DNA from: Octopus bimaculoides
Taxonomy: Eukaryota
NCBI RefSeq assembly: GCF_001194135.2
Contig: NC_068999.1
Span: 22,488,608-22,531,629, forward strand
DNA length: 43,022 bases
Direction of reading: 5' to 3'
The position numbers were made by a program, and so were the translations under genes. The notes under the pieces were generated by a model that saw only the letters and a program-made list of their open reading frames with translations, was not told the DNA's origin and made no database searches. Shown in pieces: positions 1-11,338 of the stretch. How positions within the stretch are numbered: the stretch's first letter is position 1; every line of letters starts with the position of its first letter.

Positions 1-24
1 AAAAAAAAAAAAAAAAAAAAAAAA
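1..24. repeat. poly(A) run at window start
   Basis: 24 consecutive A. Confidence 0.9.
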
Positions 25-2705
25 TATCTTTGTAGATAATTGAAAAAGAAAGAATTTTTACTTATAAAAATATCAATTCTTTCTTCCCATCATCAAAAAA
101 TTCTGTCTTATGGAAATACTCAAATTAAGATATATCATGCATAGTAATGGTTATGAAGATATGTTCAGTCTATTCTGGACACTATGGTGAAGGCCATATT
201 GATGTCACAATGTAAGAAGATAGTAATACTTTTTATTTTATACTAATTTCATTTATCACTTCTTTATTAGAAAAGTTCTAGCTCAGAATAAAAATGTAAC
301 ATTTCAATATATTAGATTGTAATTTTAAATTGAATGTTAAAGAAAAATGTTGGAAAATGATTAAGCAAACTTGCTGTAAAGGAGTGTTGGTTATATATAA
401 TGAAACAATGTAGATACGAATTGTTGACTGCAGGGATATCGGGATGGGGAGAAGAGAAGTAGCCTGACCATGTATTTGCTTTCTACACACATCAGTTTAT
501 TACTCATGGTTTTGAAATGCATAACATGTGATAGATGTACCTCAAATCTGGATAGAAGACATATCTTAACTTAATGTGCCTAAAATTAACAATTTTCTCA
601 TTGAGCTCTGCCACAGTTATCCATTTTTATAAAGATTGTCAATTTCCAGAAATCACTAGCTGCATGTAGAAGTTTAAAAAAATAATACCCGACCCAAAAC
701 AAAAATCTCCTTGCCTTGTTCTTTACTGATAAAATTACCATCCATTTGTTCATCAGATTTTTTTACAGCTTGCTGTATTCGAAATCTGAATCTTACTGAA
801 TTTCTTATACTGAATAATTATTATTGGCTCAACTTGCCCTGACACTAAATATAATCGTAAATTTTGTTATGTGTTGCACCATAGTATAGCAAGGAATTCC
901 TTTTGGTATGTTATGTACATTTGCGTCATTGGGAACTTAAACATGAATTTGATATTTTCATGGAGTGGAGGTGTTTCCTGATACATGTAGTTTTTTGATA
1001 GTTTTCCATATTTTTTAATGATTTAAAAAAAAATTACATTCATTTTATCATTTATTCTATTTAAAGCAAATTCCAAGTTTATTCAGCAAACAATGGGGTT
1101 CATTTTGTCAGGTCCAGTATTGTGATAGTTGTACATGCATGTTTTAGAGTCATAGATAGTACTTATGATATTTATAGGTAGCTGTTGATTTTTGTCTGTT
1201 GGTTGGCTAGGGCTACTATTAACAGCATTGTAGACTTCTGGGCAAATCAGTGCACTGAGCCCTATATTTATTTACTGGCAGCAAACTACAGCACACCTGG
1301 ATTAGAATTTGGTCTGTATTATCTGACTTGTTAGCAGAATTAATTTTAAAGGAAAAGTTCTTTTTTATATGCAAAACTGTGTTTAGCATTTAACATTTAA
1401 TTTTGCAGTAGAGTAATTATGGGGTTAAAATTTCTTTTGTAAAACCAAATATAAAAATGCTAAGAATTAAGATATCTTGCTGTGCAATATTTTATGTAAT
1501 TAACTACTTTTAAAGTTGAACTGAAGTATAGTATTTTATAGAAATTAAGAAATACAAATAAAAACTAATAGCATTAAGAGGTTGTTTCTAATTTACATGT
1601 ATTTATTGATTCAAACAAAATCAAAATTTATAAAAGGATTGAATGCCTGAAAATTACAAAGCCATCACTAAAGATCCATTACAACTAAGAAGTAAAACGA
1701 TCTGGGTGGAACAGGAATATTAGTTTGTAAAGATGTAAGTAGGGAGTTTTTATAATGAGAAGAATAGTAAGAACACTTAGTTGGTTTAGAAAAATGTTTG
1801 AGCATAGTTTTACAGTTTTTTTTTCTTGGCATTTTATTTCACTTTTTGTTGTGATTTTTTTTATCTCTTCAAGATAAAGCAATTTGAAATGCAATCCTAT
1901 TTTGTGAGAATTGAATGTTTCCATTTTATAATTTACAATTTTACTTGGAATGTTTAGGTTTGGAAGGATAAATTAACCGATTTTCTGGATATTAAAGAGA
2001 ATTGAAATAAAAATCTGAAATTTTAAACAGACAAATTTTAAACGGAGAAAAAGAGTCTGATTTTATAGGTTGTAATTATTTTGTCCAGGTGAACTGAATA
2101 TTAATGAATATAATTTTATAAAACCAACAGAAGGACAGCTGAACTAGTATGAGTGTGGCATGTAAATGAATTATGCTTCCAAGATAAGTCTGTGGAAAAC
2201 TTGAATGTGTAAACCAAAGGCGATATCTATTTGAAGCCTTTCAATATATGCTAGCACAGAAAAATGGACGTTAAAATGAAAATGTTTCTTATGATGATAA
2301 TGAAGACTTTATAAATATATATAAAATGTGGAATAAATTAGTGTAGATGTGCGCATGCAACTTACTTTATTGAAAGCTTTCCTATAGAACATCAAGGAGA
2401 TATCTTTTTTTATCATCAAAGCTGTAAAATTGGATTAGATCAAATGTAAATATTATTTTTATATTACTCAAAATTTAATGAGTAACTGTTATTTATATTT
2501 TTTGTATTTTTTTTTCTCTGAAAGAGTTAACCGGATAATTTTACTGATGGAAAAGTGTTAGATTTTATTGTAATTACACATCTATATTTTTGAGATGTGT
2601 CCTTGTTTACTTGAGATTATCTCTTCTTTTGAATTTAATATCCTGCATTTTGATCTGTTTCTAAATTAAAACATATGTAAAACTTGCATCAATAACATGT
2701 TTGTT

Positions 2706-3127
2706 GCAGGTATGGCTGTATGGTTAGGAAGCTTGCTACACAAAGATGTGGTCTCAGGTTCAGTCCCACTGCATGATATCTTGGCAAGTGTCTTCTACAG
2801 TGACCAAAGCCGTGTGAGTGGATTTGGAAGAGAGAAAATGGAAGAAGCCTATTGTGTGTGTGTGTATGTGTGTGTGTGTGTGTGTGTATATATATCTTTG
2901 TCTTGACATCAATTGATTGTTGCAGACAAGCATCACTGTCATACAAAGAATGGTATTTGTTTTTAGTCTTCCATGAAAAACATATCTGGCCAAGGGGAAA
3001 TAGTAACTTACCTGAAACCAGATGAAGCTTGGTGACAGAAAGAGCATCTAGCCATAGAAAATCTGCCTCAACAAAATTCTGATTGACACAAGCAAGATTC
3101 AAAAGTTGATGTTAAATGTTGATGATG
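2706..3127 (+). mobile_element. tRNA-derived composite SINE (family B): tRNA-like head, (TG)n/(TA)n middle, RTE-like 3' tail ending in (GAT)n
   Basis: Head TGGCTGTATGGTTAGGAAG...GGTTCAGTCCCACTGC; microsatellite at about 2853-2895; tail GCATCTAGCCATAGAAAATCTGCC...GTTAAATGTTGATGATG. Homologous to 29699-30115 (-) and 12557-12782 (+). Confidence 0.8.
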
Positions 3128-3728
3128 TTACAGAACTATGACATGTTAGATATGAGCATTAAAACCTTCAATTAAATATTATTCTAAATTATACCAGCCA
3201 GAAGATGCTCATACTTTTCAAAATATTATGTAATAAGAAAAACCCCAAATTAATTGTCCAGAAAATTCAAACTTCTCAAATTACATTGTATTTTCTGTGG
3301 AAATTCAAAGATTACCAGATAGCAAATATAGATTTATGTTGTATAGTATTTGATATACCTGTATTTGTCTATGTTGCTCACAGAGATATTTTTCTGAGCT
3401 CATTTTTGTTTAGTAAAATTCTTCATAACTTTTAGTCCAGAATTCTATTGATCTTATGAATCCACTACTTTCAATGATATAGTTTATGGCTAAGGCAAAG
3501 GAGGAAGAACAGCATTCGCAACCTAAGAAGGCTCTCCATGATTAGTGCAAGGGAGAAAAGGGCAGAAAACAACTTAGCAATAGGAAGTAGTGCATCAAAA
3601 TATCAAGTTTCATAACTAGAGACTTGGGCCAAATACAATAGAGTGGGCTCTGCTAAAGGCTATCAATGACCAAGGGGCAACATTAAAGTACGTAATGGAT
3701 AAATTCACCGCATTGATACGTTAATATT

Positions 3729-3915
3729 GATTTTAAATTTTGGCACAAGGCCAGCAATTTATTCCTTGAAATTGCTGGCCTTGTGCTCAACTGGTATTTA
3801 TTTTATTGACCTCCAAAAGGATGAAAGGCAAAGTCAACCTCAGAACATAAGGATGGATAAAATGCCACTAAGTATTTTGCCCAGTGTGATAATGATTCTG
3901 CCAGCTCACTGCCTT
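3729..3915 (-). mobile_element. tRNA-derived SINE (family A, octopus OK/OR-like) with internal fold-back
   Basis: Shares GGATGAAAGGCAAAGTCAACC and GATTCTGCCAGCTCACTGCCTT with the 11067, 13566 and 32717 copies, in reverse complement. Confidence 0.8.
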
Positions 3916-4703
3916 ACCTTGCTACATCAATGGATCTCTTCAGTTTGGCTCAGATTTTTTAATTATTTTTTTTTTTAACTAAACAGTTTGGAACTTTGTA
4001 AACTGGTGTAATTTTTCACACTGAACATGGCTTACTTTCAACATTTCTGACAAAATTTCGTATTTTAGAAGTTATTTCCACCTTATTTCCACTAGCCAAG
4101 ACACATAGATGTTTGCTAAAAGAGTAGAACACGTTTAAGGAGGTGATTTGTATAATTTAAAAATGAGTCAAGAGAAATAACTCAGAGTGGCCAGTGGCAT
4201 GTATTTGAACAACATAGACAAATCAAAGTATCCTTTCCCTTTTTTATGTCCAAATTGTGTTTTCAGCTCAATAAAATGAGTGTCAGTAATGTACTGTCCT
4301 GATTCCAGTTGCTTACTTGCAAACATTTTAGCTTTTATATAATTGATTATTTTTCAAATAACATTTTAAAAAACTACTTCTTAAACCATTTTAATTTGAT
4401 TGTGCCTTATTGTCTCATGAAATAAATGTTTCTACACTTAAAAAACCATGTAAATGGAAAAAAATGATAATCTGGATTTAAGGAATGACAATGAAGTACT
4501 TATATTGAAGTTTATGACATATGATAAATTGATTTATTCAGAATAGCTAAATAGCTTCTTACTGCTTCTGTTTCTGTGAACAGATTATCTTATTTTGTAT
4601 TCTTTGTTTCAGAACAAAATTATTATTTATTGTTTTAGATTGTTGTGGATTTTGTGCACTAACTACAACATTATCTGAATATACTGTGACAAAAAAAGAA
4701 CTC

Positions 4704-4960
4704 GTGCATAGTCATGTGGTTAATAATTTTGTAGCCAAGTGGTTCTGGATTCAATCCCACTGCACATCACACTGGGCAAATTTTTTCTAATGTAGTCTCG
4801 AACTGATCAGTACTTCTATCTAAATTTTGTGAACTGTGTAGAAGCTGTGTGTGTGTGTGTGTGTCTGTGTGTGCGCACGTGCACCTGTGTGTGAGCGTAT
4901 CATCATTTTTATGTCCATTGTCCCATAGCATACGATGCACCTGTCAGTCATGTGACAAGT
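4704..4960 (+). mobile_element. decayed family B SINE
   Basis: GTGGTT...GGATTCAATCCCACTGCAC...CTGGGCAA head followed by a (TG)n tract. Confidence 0.55.
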
Positions 4961-5070
4961 CAATTCTTTTGTTCTTTCTTTCAGTATATACTCATATATA
5001 AGTAAGTACAGTATACATAGGAAGAAGTCTAGCTGTGAATGTGTTTCATGAGTGCATAGTTTAATATACT

Positions 5071-5150
5071 GTGTGTGTGCGTGCGCGCGCGCGTGGGTGC
5101 GTGCGCGTGCGCGTGTGGGTGTGTGCGTTCGTGCGCGCGCGTGTGCGTGA
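5071..5150. repeat. (GT)n/(GC)n alternating purine-pyrimidine microsatellite
   Basis: gtgtgtgtgcgtgcgcgcgcgcgtggg...gcgcgcgcgtgtgcgtgaga. Confidence 0.85.
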
Positions 5151-5279
5151 GATACACATTATTTTGTCTTTGAGTATATCCATGTTGCATGAGTGCACAG
5201 CTAGCTCTCTGAATGCATGTGTACAGGGTTAAGCATATGTGTGGGCATTAATATTTGGGTCTTTGTGTCCACCCGCTCC

Positions 5280-5400
5280 ATGTTGTGTGCTTTGGATGGG
5301 TCTTCCCCAGTATTGTATCTGGTTACTAACACTGTCTCTTGTCATTTCCTTCATTTCTACTCAGTCTGTCTCTTCCATAATTCCTTCCACCTGCTTTGCC
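5280..5400 (-). mobile_element. possible RTE LINE 3'-end remnant
   Basis: Minus strand GAAATGACAAGAGACAG...CTGGGGAAGACCCATCC resembles the EMTRDR..W..AVLEKT C-terminus of RTE ORFs. Short and decayed. Confidence 0.3.
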
Positions 5401-6343
5401 TATATGTGATTTATTCTTTAAAGTCTTTTTAATGCTTCATGTTAGAAATATATTTCGGAAATAACCAAGATGAAAATCAGTTTTGACATAATGTTAGTTT
5501 AAAAATTTGGATGATGAAAGCTAATCCTAAGAGCAATATAGTCTAGTTTCATTGTCACATTCACTTTTCAAATGGACAGAAATCTATTCAAGGAGTTCTG
5601 CTGTTGTTCAGCTTAAATGCACACCTTCTGTTACATCTTGGCAAATTCCCATATATTTCATACAGCTTGTTAATTGTTATTTTAAATTAATATATTCTAT
5701 GCAAAATGAACTGGAAGAATAATGGAATGTGGTCTAAGATAAGCATTAATAAGAGGTTTATTTGTCCCAGTTTTAATACTGACATGAGTGTCTGTGTAAG
5801 TGGTGATGGTGGGGAAGCAAATCAATGTTTGTTTACTAAACTGTATTGCCTTACAATTTGATCTTTATTTATCTGAAACTTACTCTGAGATTATTATCTT
5901 TTAAATATAAAGATGCAATTATGTTCTATTTTTAGTTTGAGACGTCTTTCAATCAATTTTTACACTTCAGAAGTATTTCATATTTGCAACATTTAACCTT
6001 TTATTCAAATATAAATTACAATATCCATTTTATAATTATGTACTTTATATTCTGCTGAATTAGTATGATAGTGCCAAGCAATATTTAGAATAGCTGTTTC
6101 AGATATCTTCTCAGTAAGCTCAGTCATTCAGTATTATAAGTAAAATTTTGGCAGTGAAATGGAATAAATGCTAAAACACCAAGCCAATTCTTTCTTTTGT
6201 GTTCAAATTCCACTGTAGTTAAACTTTACTTTTCTTCCCTATATGCTTAATAAAATAAGTACCTGTAAATATATTGAACTGACTTTAGTTCTACCATAAA
6301 AATGTAAGAGATTGACATTACATGCATAATTACTAAATTTTAA

Positions 6344-6348
<5 letters not shown>

Positions 6349-6376
<28 letters not shown>
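6349..6376. repeat. (TA)n microsatellite
   Basis: Perfect TA run. Confidence 0.9.
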
Positions 6377-6379
<3 letters not shown>

Positions 6380-8018
6380 AAGTTTCAGTAATACAAAATG
6401 CAAATTAAACATTTTCATGACCTTCCTCTTGAATGTCATTTCCCCGGAACTTCCATTTAATAATCAGTTATCGACCACCCAAGCTGACTGAAGCTAGTCT
6501 TGTCCAGTTATTCTTACAGCTACTCTAGTCTACAACACTAGAGATTGTGTGAACTGTCTCTTCCCAGCAAACTAAGAGCATTAAAAAAAGAATGAAAAAT
6601 TTTGAGACTTTGCAAAAGATTTGAGAAATAGGGTTCAGTTACTCTTGCAATCATTTATGCGTAAAAATAATAAAGTTAAATTATTGGAAAATGAAGCAGA
6701 ATGAAATGATTTTTATCCAGTTAGCAGCTGTTCAAATAATTTGAAAGAAAGTCTTGCAGTTTTGAGAGCATTTTATAAGATTAAATTTAGATATTGTATT
6801 TAACTTGAATTCATAACTCCCTCAGTTTTTTCATACTAGATTTTTCTTTTTTTTTTTTTTTTTTTTATTTCCAATTTCACAGGTAAAAATATTTTATATT
6901 TCATAGGTTGCATTCAAATTTTGTCTACAGCAAAATCACTTTTATAATGTTTTGCTCATTTGCTGATGGACAGCTAGAAAAATTACATTATGAATTAGAC
7001 TAAAATAAAATAAACAGGAAATATCTTAGCAATGTTTGAACAGGAAAAAATGTTTTCATATCAAATTTGTATTGAAAGAATGGAATATTTCAAGACTTTG
7101 ATAATAGAAAGTCTTTTAGTGATGTTGTTACAATTTTATTGAATTTTACCTAAATAAAATTAGTTTTCCTCTAGGAGAGTACTTGACATGAAGAAAAAAA
7201 ATCAATTACTTTGAATCATATTTTATACTTTCTTTTTCATTATCTTAATTTGTATATTTTTCTTTTTCATAATATTTCAAATTTAATCAAGATATTAATT
7301 CTGGTAATATTATACATGCACTGCCTGATTGTATCACTTATATTACTGTGTTATGTCATTATAATTGCTTGTCAGTTTGAAGATTGCTTTCTTAATTATT
7401 CTACCTTTGCAAAAAATACACAGCAAAAATATAAAATATGAAATTAAGTGAAATTAATACTTAATAATCAATTTAGAGAATGTTTTTGTTGAAGCAATAA
7501 ATAAGTTTGTCAAATCACTTCATATAATTTGATCCATCATCTCAGTTACATCTACCTTACTTTAGAATTATCTCATTCTTATTTAGTCAGTAACACTTTT
7601 TGTTATAACCTTTGGCACAAAAGCATCAGCCACATGCAAACTAAATATATTATGCTAAGATATGAAGTGCATTTACGAAGAGAGTCCTTGAAATTATCAT
7701 TCTGAGGGGTGACATCATAATCTAGTCTTTTTTCCGCAAAGTGTGCAGACTTACTTATCAACAAACATATTTCAAAAGTTCATAAAGTAAATTTATTGCA
7801 TTGTGCCTCAAATTGTTAGTGATGTATCTATAAAGGTCAAATAGATAAATAAATATATGATTTAATATATTCGTTTTGCAAGATTCTTGATGTGAATTCA
7901 TGTGTTGAAACATATTGTTGTCTTTGGGGATGGTCATGTTGCCAGTTTAGCCCGTGAAAACACACACTATATATTTGGTATTCCTTGCTTCAGCTTTATT
8001 TTATATTAATTGTATTTT

Positions 8019-8060
8019 GGTCAGTTCTTTCGTCACACTTCTGCGACCTTATCAGTGGTT
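8019..8060 (-). ncRNA. degenerate minimal hammerhead ribozyme in PLE 3' pLTR
   Basis: Minus strand AACCA-CUGAUAA-G-GUCGCA-GAAG-UGUGAC-GAAA-GAACUGACC. Stem II is intact (6 bp, tetraloop), the core has G8>A, and stems I/III are decayed. It lies about 500 nt downstream of the PLE ORF. Confidence 0.55.
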
Positions 8061-8585
8061 CTTTGCTTTCTTCTTTCGTTTTTGTGTGTCTCTCCTTACT
8101 AACAATCTGCCATTTTGTATTCCTATTGTATGTGTCTTTATTTGCGTATGCGTATATCCCTGTGTGTGTGTGTGGGGGGGGGGAATGTGCTTGCATTATC
8201 AGTATCCACAGTTTATACACGTTCGTTTAATTTACTTTTATTTTATTCATTTGTTTATATCTACTTACTTTTCCTTTTCTTTCTTTTTTTGTATTAATTG
8301 ATTTTGTTTATGTATATAGTAATTCACTTTTATTTATTTGTGTATTGTATTATTCTCATATTACTATCAGTTTATGGGTGTCTTATTCTGTCATAGGTTG
8401 TGGTGTGTGGTAGGGGTGTGTTAGTGTTCCATTCTAGTTTTCTATTCAGGCTGGGTTTATCTTCTATTATGTGTGTAGATTCCGTAATTTGTCTAAGCAT
8501 TGTGTCTGTTCTGTGGACAAGATTTTAACTTCTAAATGTTGTTGAGTGAGCCCCTGTGTTCCTGCTTCGCATGCTGGTATAGAAC

Positions 8586-9149
8586 CTATGAGCTCTTCTC
8601 TTCCTTAAGTTCTCTCCAATGCTCATTTACCTGCTCTCCTATGCTCTGTGCTGTCTCCCTTACGTATGTTGTCTTGTTACTGTACCATCCCTCTGTACAT
8701 CTTATACTATAGACTACATTCCTAGCTTTACAGTTTGTCTGTGGGCTAAATCTACATACAATACAATTCCTATCAGTACAGGGGTTTCTACTAAAAGGGT
8801 AGGTTCTACCGATTAGAGATTTGATAGGGTTACCTGGCCTTTCTACAACCTTAATTCTTAGCTTAAGTTTGTCTAGGGCCCTTCTAAAGTAGTATGCCAG
8901 TTTGCCTCTAGGGGTGGTGTTGACGAACATGACACTCTGGTAATTGTGGCTCTCGTACCATGACTTGGCCTTCCCTATTTTCTTAGTCCTTTCAATGGTG
9001 TTCCATGATTTGCTCCTATAGAGTGGGAAAATCCCATTCCTATTGTTACGTATAATAATTTCAAATTTCCTCATGGCTCCTTTATATACTCTGATCCTTT
9101 CTCTATGGCTGTATCCTGAGAACTGTAGGGTCGTACATGCAGGACACAT
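8586..9149 (-). pseudogene. PLE thumb/GIY-YIG endonuclease fragment
   Basis: CTDRNCIVC...NCKARNVVYSIRC...YVRETAQSIGEQVNEH matches PLE CCHH-linker plus VVY/YIG endonuclease motifs. Confidence 0.8.
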
Positions 9150-9311
9150 TTCTCATTACTCTGATGAGGTCTGCCATCTATATATTGAATTTGGCATTGT
9201 CCATGATAGCTGAGTTCCAGTGGATCAGGTATTTGGAGGCCATAGGTTTGGCATAGTGTGAATGAAGGGTTTGGGTTTTATTATTCCCAGTTTCCAGCCA
9301 GAGTTCTGTAT

Positions 9312-10165
9312 CTAGTACTGGTAGTCAGGGTTAGGGTGTTTCGTAGCATGGTCTTTCATGACCTTAATACTCTGGTGGATGGAGTTATCTATTTGCTGGA
9401 TGCTCTCCATAGTATTAGTTTCTATTTCTATTTCAAGAGTACTCTCTTGTGGGTGTGCCTTTACCACTATGTTGATATCATTGACATAGCAAGAGTACAT
9501 GTTCATGAGTATGGAGTTTTGTGTCGGGCGTTCTTTAAGCCTTCTATCCCACCATACCATGAAAAGGTTGGCCACATCACCGGCAATACTAACCCTGATG
9601 GCTGCCCCCTCATTCTGGGCATATATTTTGTTGTTAAACTTAAACGTGTGCCCTTTTAGGGTAACTCTTATACTAGCTCCTAGTGCATGTGCGATCATTT
9701 TCTTTGCTTGATATTCATTTTCAGAGATCCGTATGGATCTAGTCCATCCACTCCATCTGTCTATAGGGTCTTCCTAGCCATAGATGTAATTGTGGGTGTC
9801 TACCTCTTAAACGTCTACTAGGGCAGAAACTTCTAAGGTCATGTTTGTCTAGATATTCATTGTCATATGTCAGTCTAAGTAGGAGGCCCAGTTCCTCTGA
9901 GTTGACATTGTGGAACTCCACTTCACTCTCGCTGATCATCTCCATGCACTTCTCTACTGCAAAATTCACATTGATAGATGGGTATAGGGATACCACATCC
10001 ATGCTACCCACTGTACATCCTGTCAAGTTGCAGGTGTTGCAGTCTTTGATCCTGCTGAGGCGATCTTCCGTACTGTCACAAACATCTGGTGACATCTAGA
10101 TTATGGTGTATGATCATTGAGAGGAAGTAGGAGATCCTGTATTTGCTATCGATATTCATTGCAGA
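9312..10165 (-). pseudogene. PLE reverse transcriptase fragment (frameshifted; YVDD decayed to YVND)
   Basis: Motifs A, B and C appear in successive ORFs; YRISYFLS lies upstream in another frame. Confidence 0.85.
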
Positions 10166-10254
10166 TATTCATTTCAAACTCAATGTAATTTGCTACATAT
10201 CAATAGGTTTGTAACTTTAAAGCTCTGATTTATTTGAAAGGGCATAGGAATGTT

Positions 10255-10560
10255 TACATCAACATTTAACATCAGTTTTCCATGCTGGCATGGTTGAATG
10301 GTTTGACAGGAACTGGCAAGGCCAGGGGCTGCACCAGGTTCCATTGTCTGTTTGGTTTGGTTTCTACCACTGGATGTCCTTCCTAATGCCAACCACTTAA
10401 CAGAGTATACTGGGTGCTTGTTTATGTGGAACCATCACCAGTGCTTTTTATATGGCACCTACACCAATGCTTTTTATGTGGCACCTTGGTTTTAGAATCT
10501 CAGTTCTGATGTGATGGGTGGGTCTTCTTGAGTACAGCAATGCACTACATATCTTGGTCC
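10255..10560 (-). mobile_element. LINE (RTE-type) 3' UTR/tail fragment
   Basis: Reverse complement reads ...GTGCCACATAAAAAGCA...GGTTGGCATTAGGAAGGACATCCAGTGGTAGAAACC...GCATGGAAAACTGATGTTAAATGTTGATG. Homologous to 40130-40290. Confidence 0.65.
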
Positions 10561-11066
10561 ATATTAATTAATATTGTTCTGTTTATTTAGCATTATAACC
10601 ACACAAAAAATACTTTTCTTAAAAGAAAAATACTCAGAAAAAACTCGTGATTCAGTCCATAATAACTGAGAAGATTTTTGGATTTATTTTATTTTTGCAT
10701 TTGGTTCACTGTTTTATAGCAACAGGAGCCATTGTTACATCAGTAATTTACTTCTTCATATCATGGCAGTTATTGTTGCAGAACATGTGTGGAAACTACA
10801 ATTACTCATGAAAGATGAGAAAATTAATTTGCTATAATCATTAGCACAACCTATTCTTTTTTCTCAAGAAATGTGATACTTCTTTGCCAGAAGAGATTAC
10901 AGGTTTTCTAATTTCAGTTATTTTTTTAAATGATTAAGTTGAATGAATCGGTATATAACAATTAAAGAAAATGAATGAGCTTGTCTATATTTACCACATA
11001 ACCAAATGCATTAAGCAGTTCATAATATTGGTTGGTATTATGTTGGGAGAAACTGATTATAGATTT

Positions 11067-11338
11067 AAGGCGGTGAGCTGGCAGAAACGTTAGCACGGTG
11101 GGCGAAATGCTTAGCGGTATTTCGTCGACCGTTACATTCTGTGTTCAAATTCCGCCGAGGTCGACTTTGCCTTTCATCCTTTCGAGGTCGATAAGTTAAG
11201 TACCAGTTGCGCACTGGGATCGATGTAATCGACTTAATCCCTTTGCCTGTCCTTGTTTGTCCCCTCTATGTTTAGCCCCTTGTGGGCTAAACATAGAAGG
11301 GACATGGAAATAAGAAACTGATTAGAAACATAGAAATA
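11067..11338 (+). mobile_element. young family A SINE (alternative 3' tail) with 16-bp TSD
   Basis: AAGGCGGTGAGCTGGCAGAAACGTTAGCAC...GTTCAAATTCCGCCGAGGTCGACTTTGCC. TSD AGAAACTGA(T/C)TATAGA at 11048-11063 and 11339-11354. Confidence 0.9.

Larger units (their letters stand above)
7900..10170 (-). mobile_element. 5'-truncated, frameshifted Penelope-like retroelement (Neptune-like), RT + GIY-YIG + 3' pLTR region
   Basis: RT motif A GSMDVVSLYPSI (ORF 9739-10095); motif B QNEGAAIRVSIAGDVANLFM and motif C YVNDI (ORF 9312-9698); C-terminal Cys-rich GIY-YIG (ORF 8586-9149). The 3' boundary is approximate. Confidence 0.85.

Noticed and set aside
2689-3102. ORFs with HTHT/VCVC runs (also 37792-38055, 38197-38520, 41068-41448, 25993-26388)
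   Set aside because: Translations of microsatellites and SINEs, not genes.
6841-6890. Polypyrimidine tract + CAG|GTAAAA resembling a recursive splice site
   Set aside because: Similar AG|GT motifs occur several times on both strands (e.g. near 6260, 18960, 25470) and no host gene is established.
9258-10099. Plus-strand ORFs 9258-9659, 9499-9711 and 9845-10099
   Set aside because: Antisense shadows of the PLE RT.
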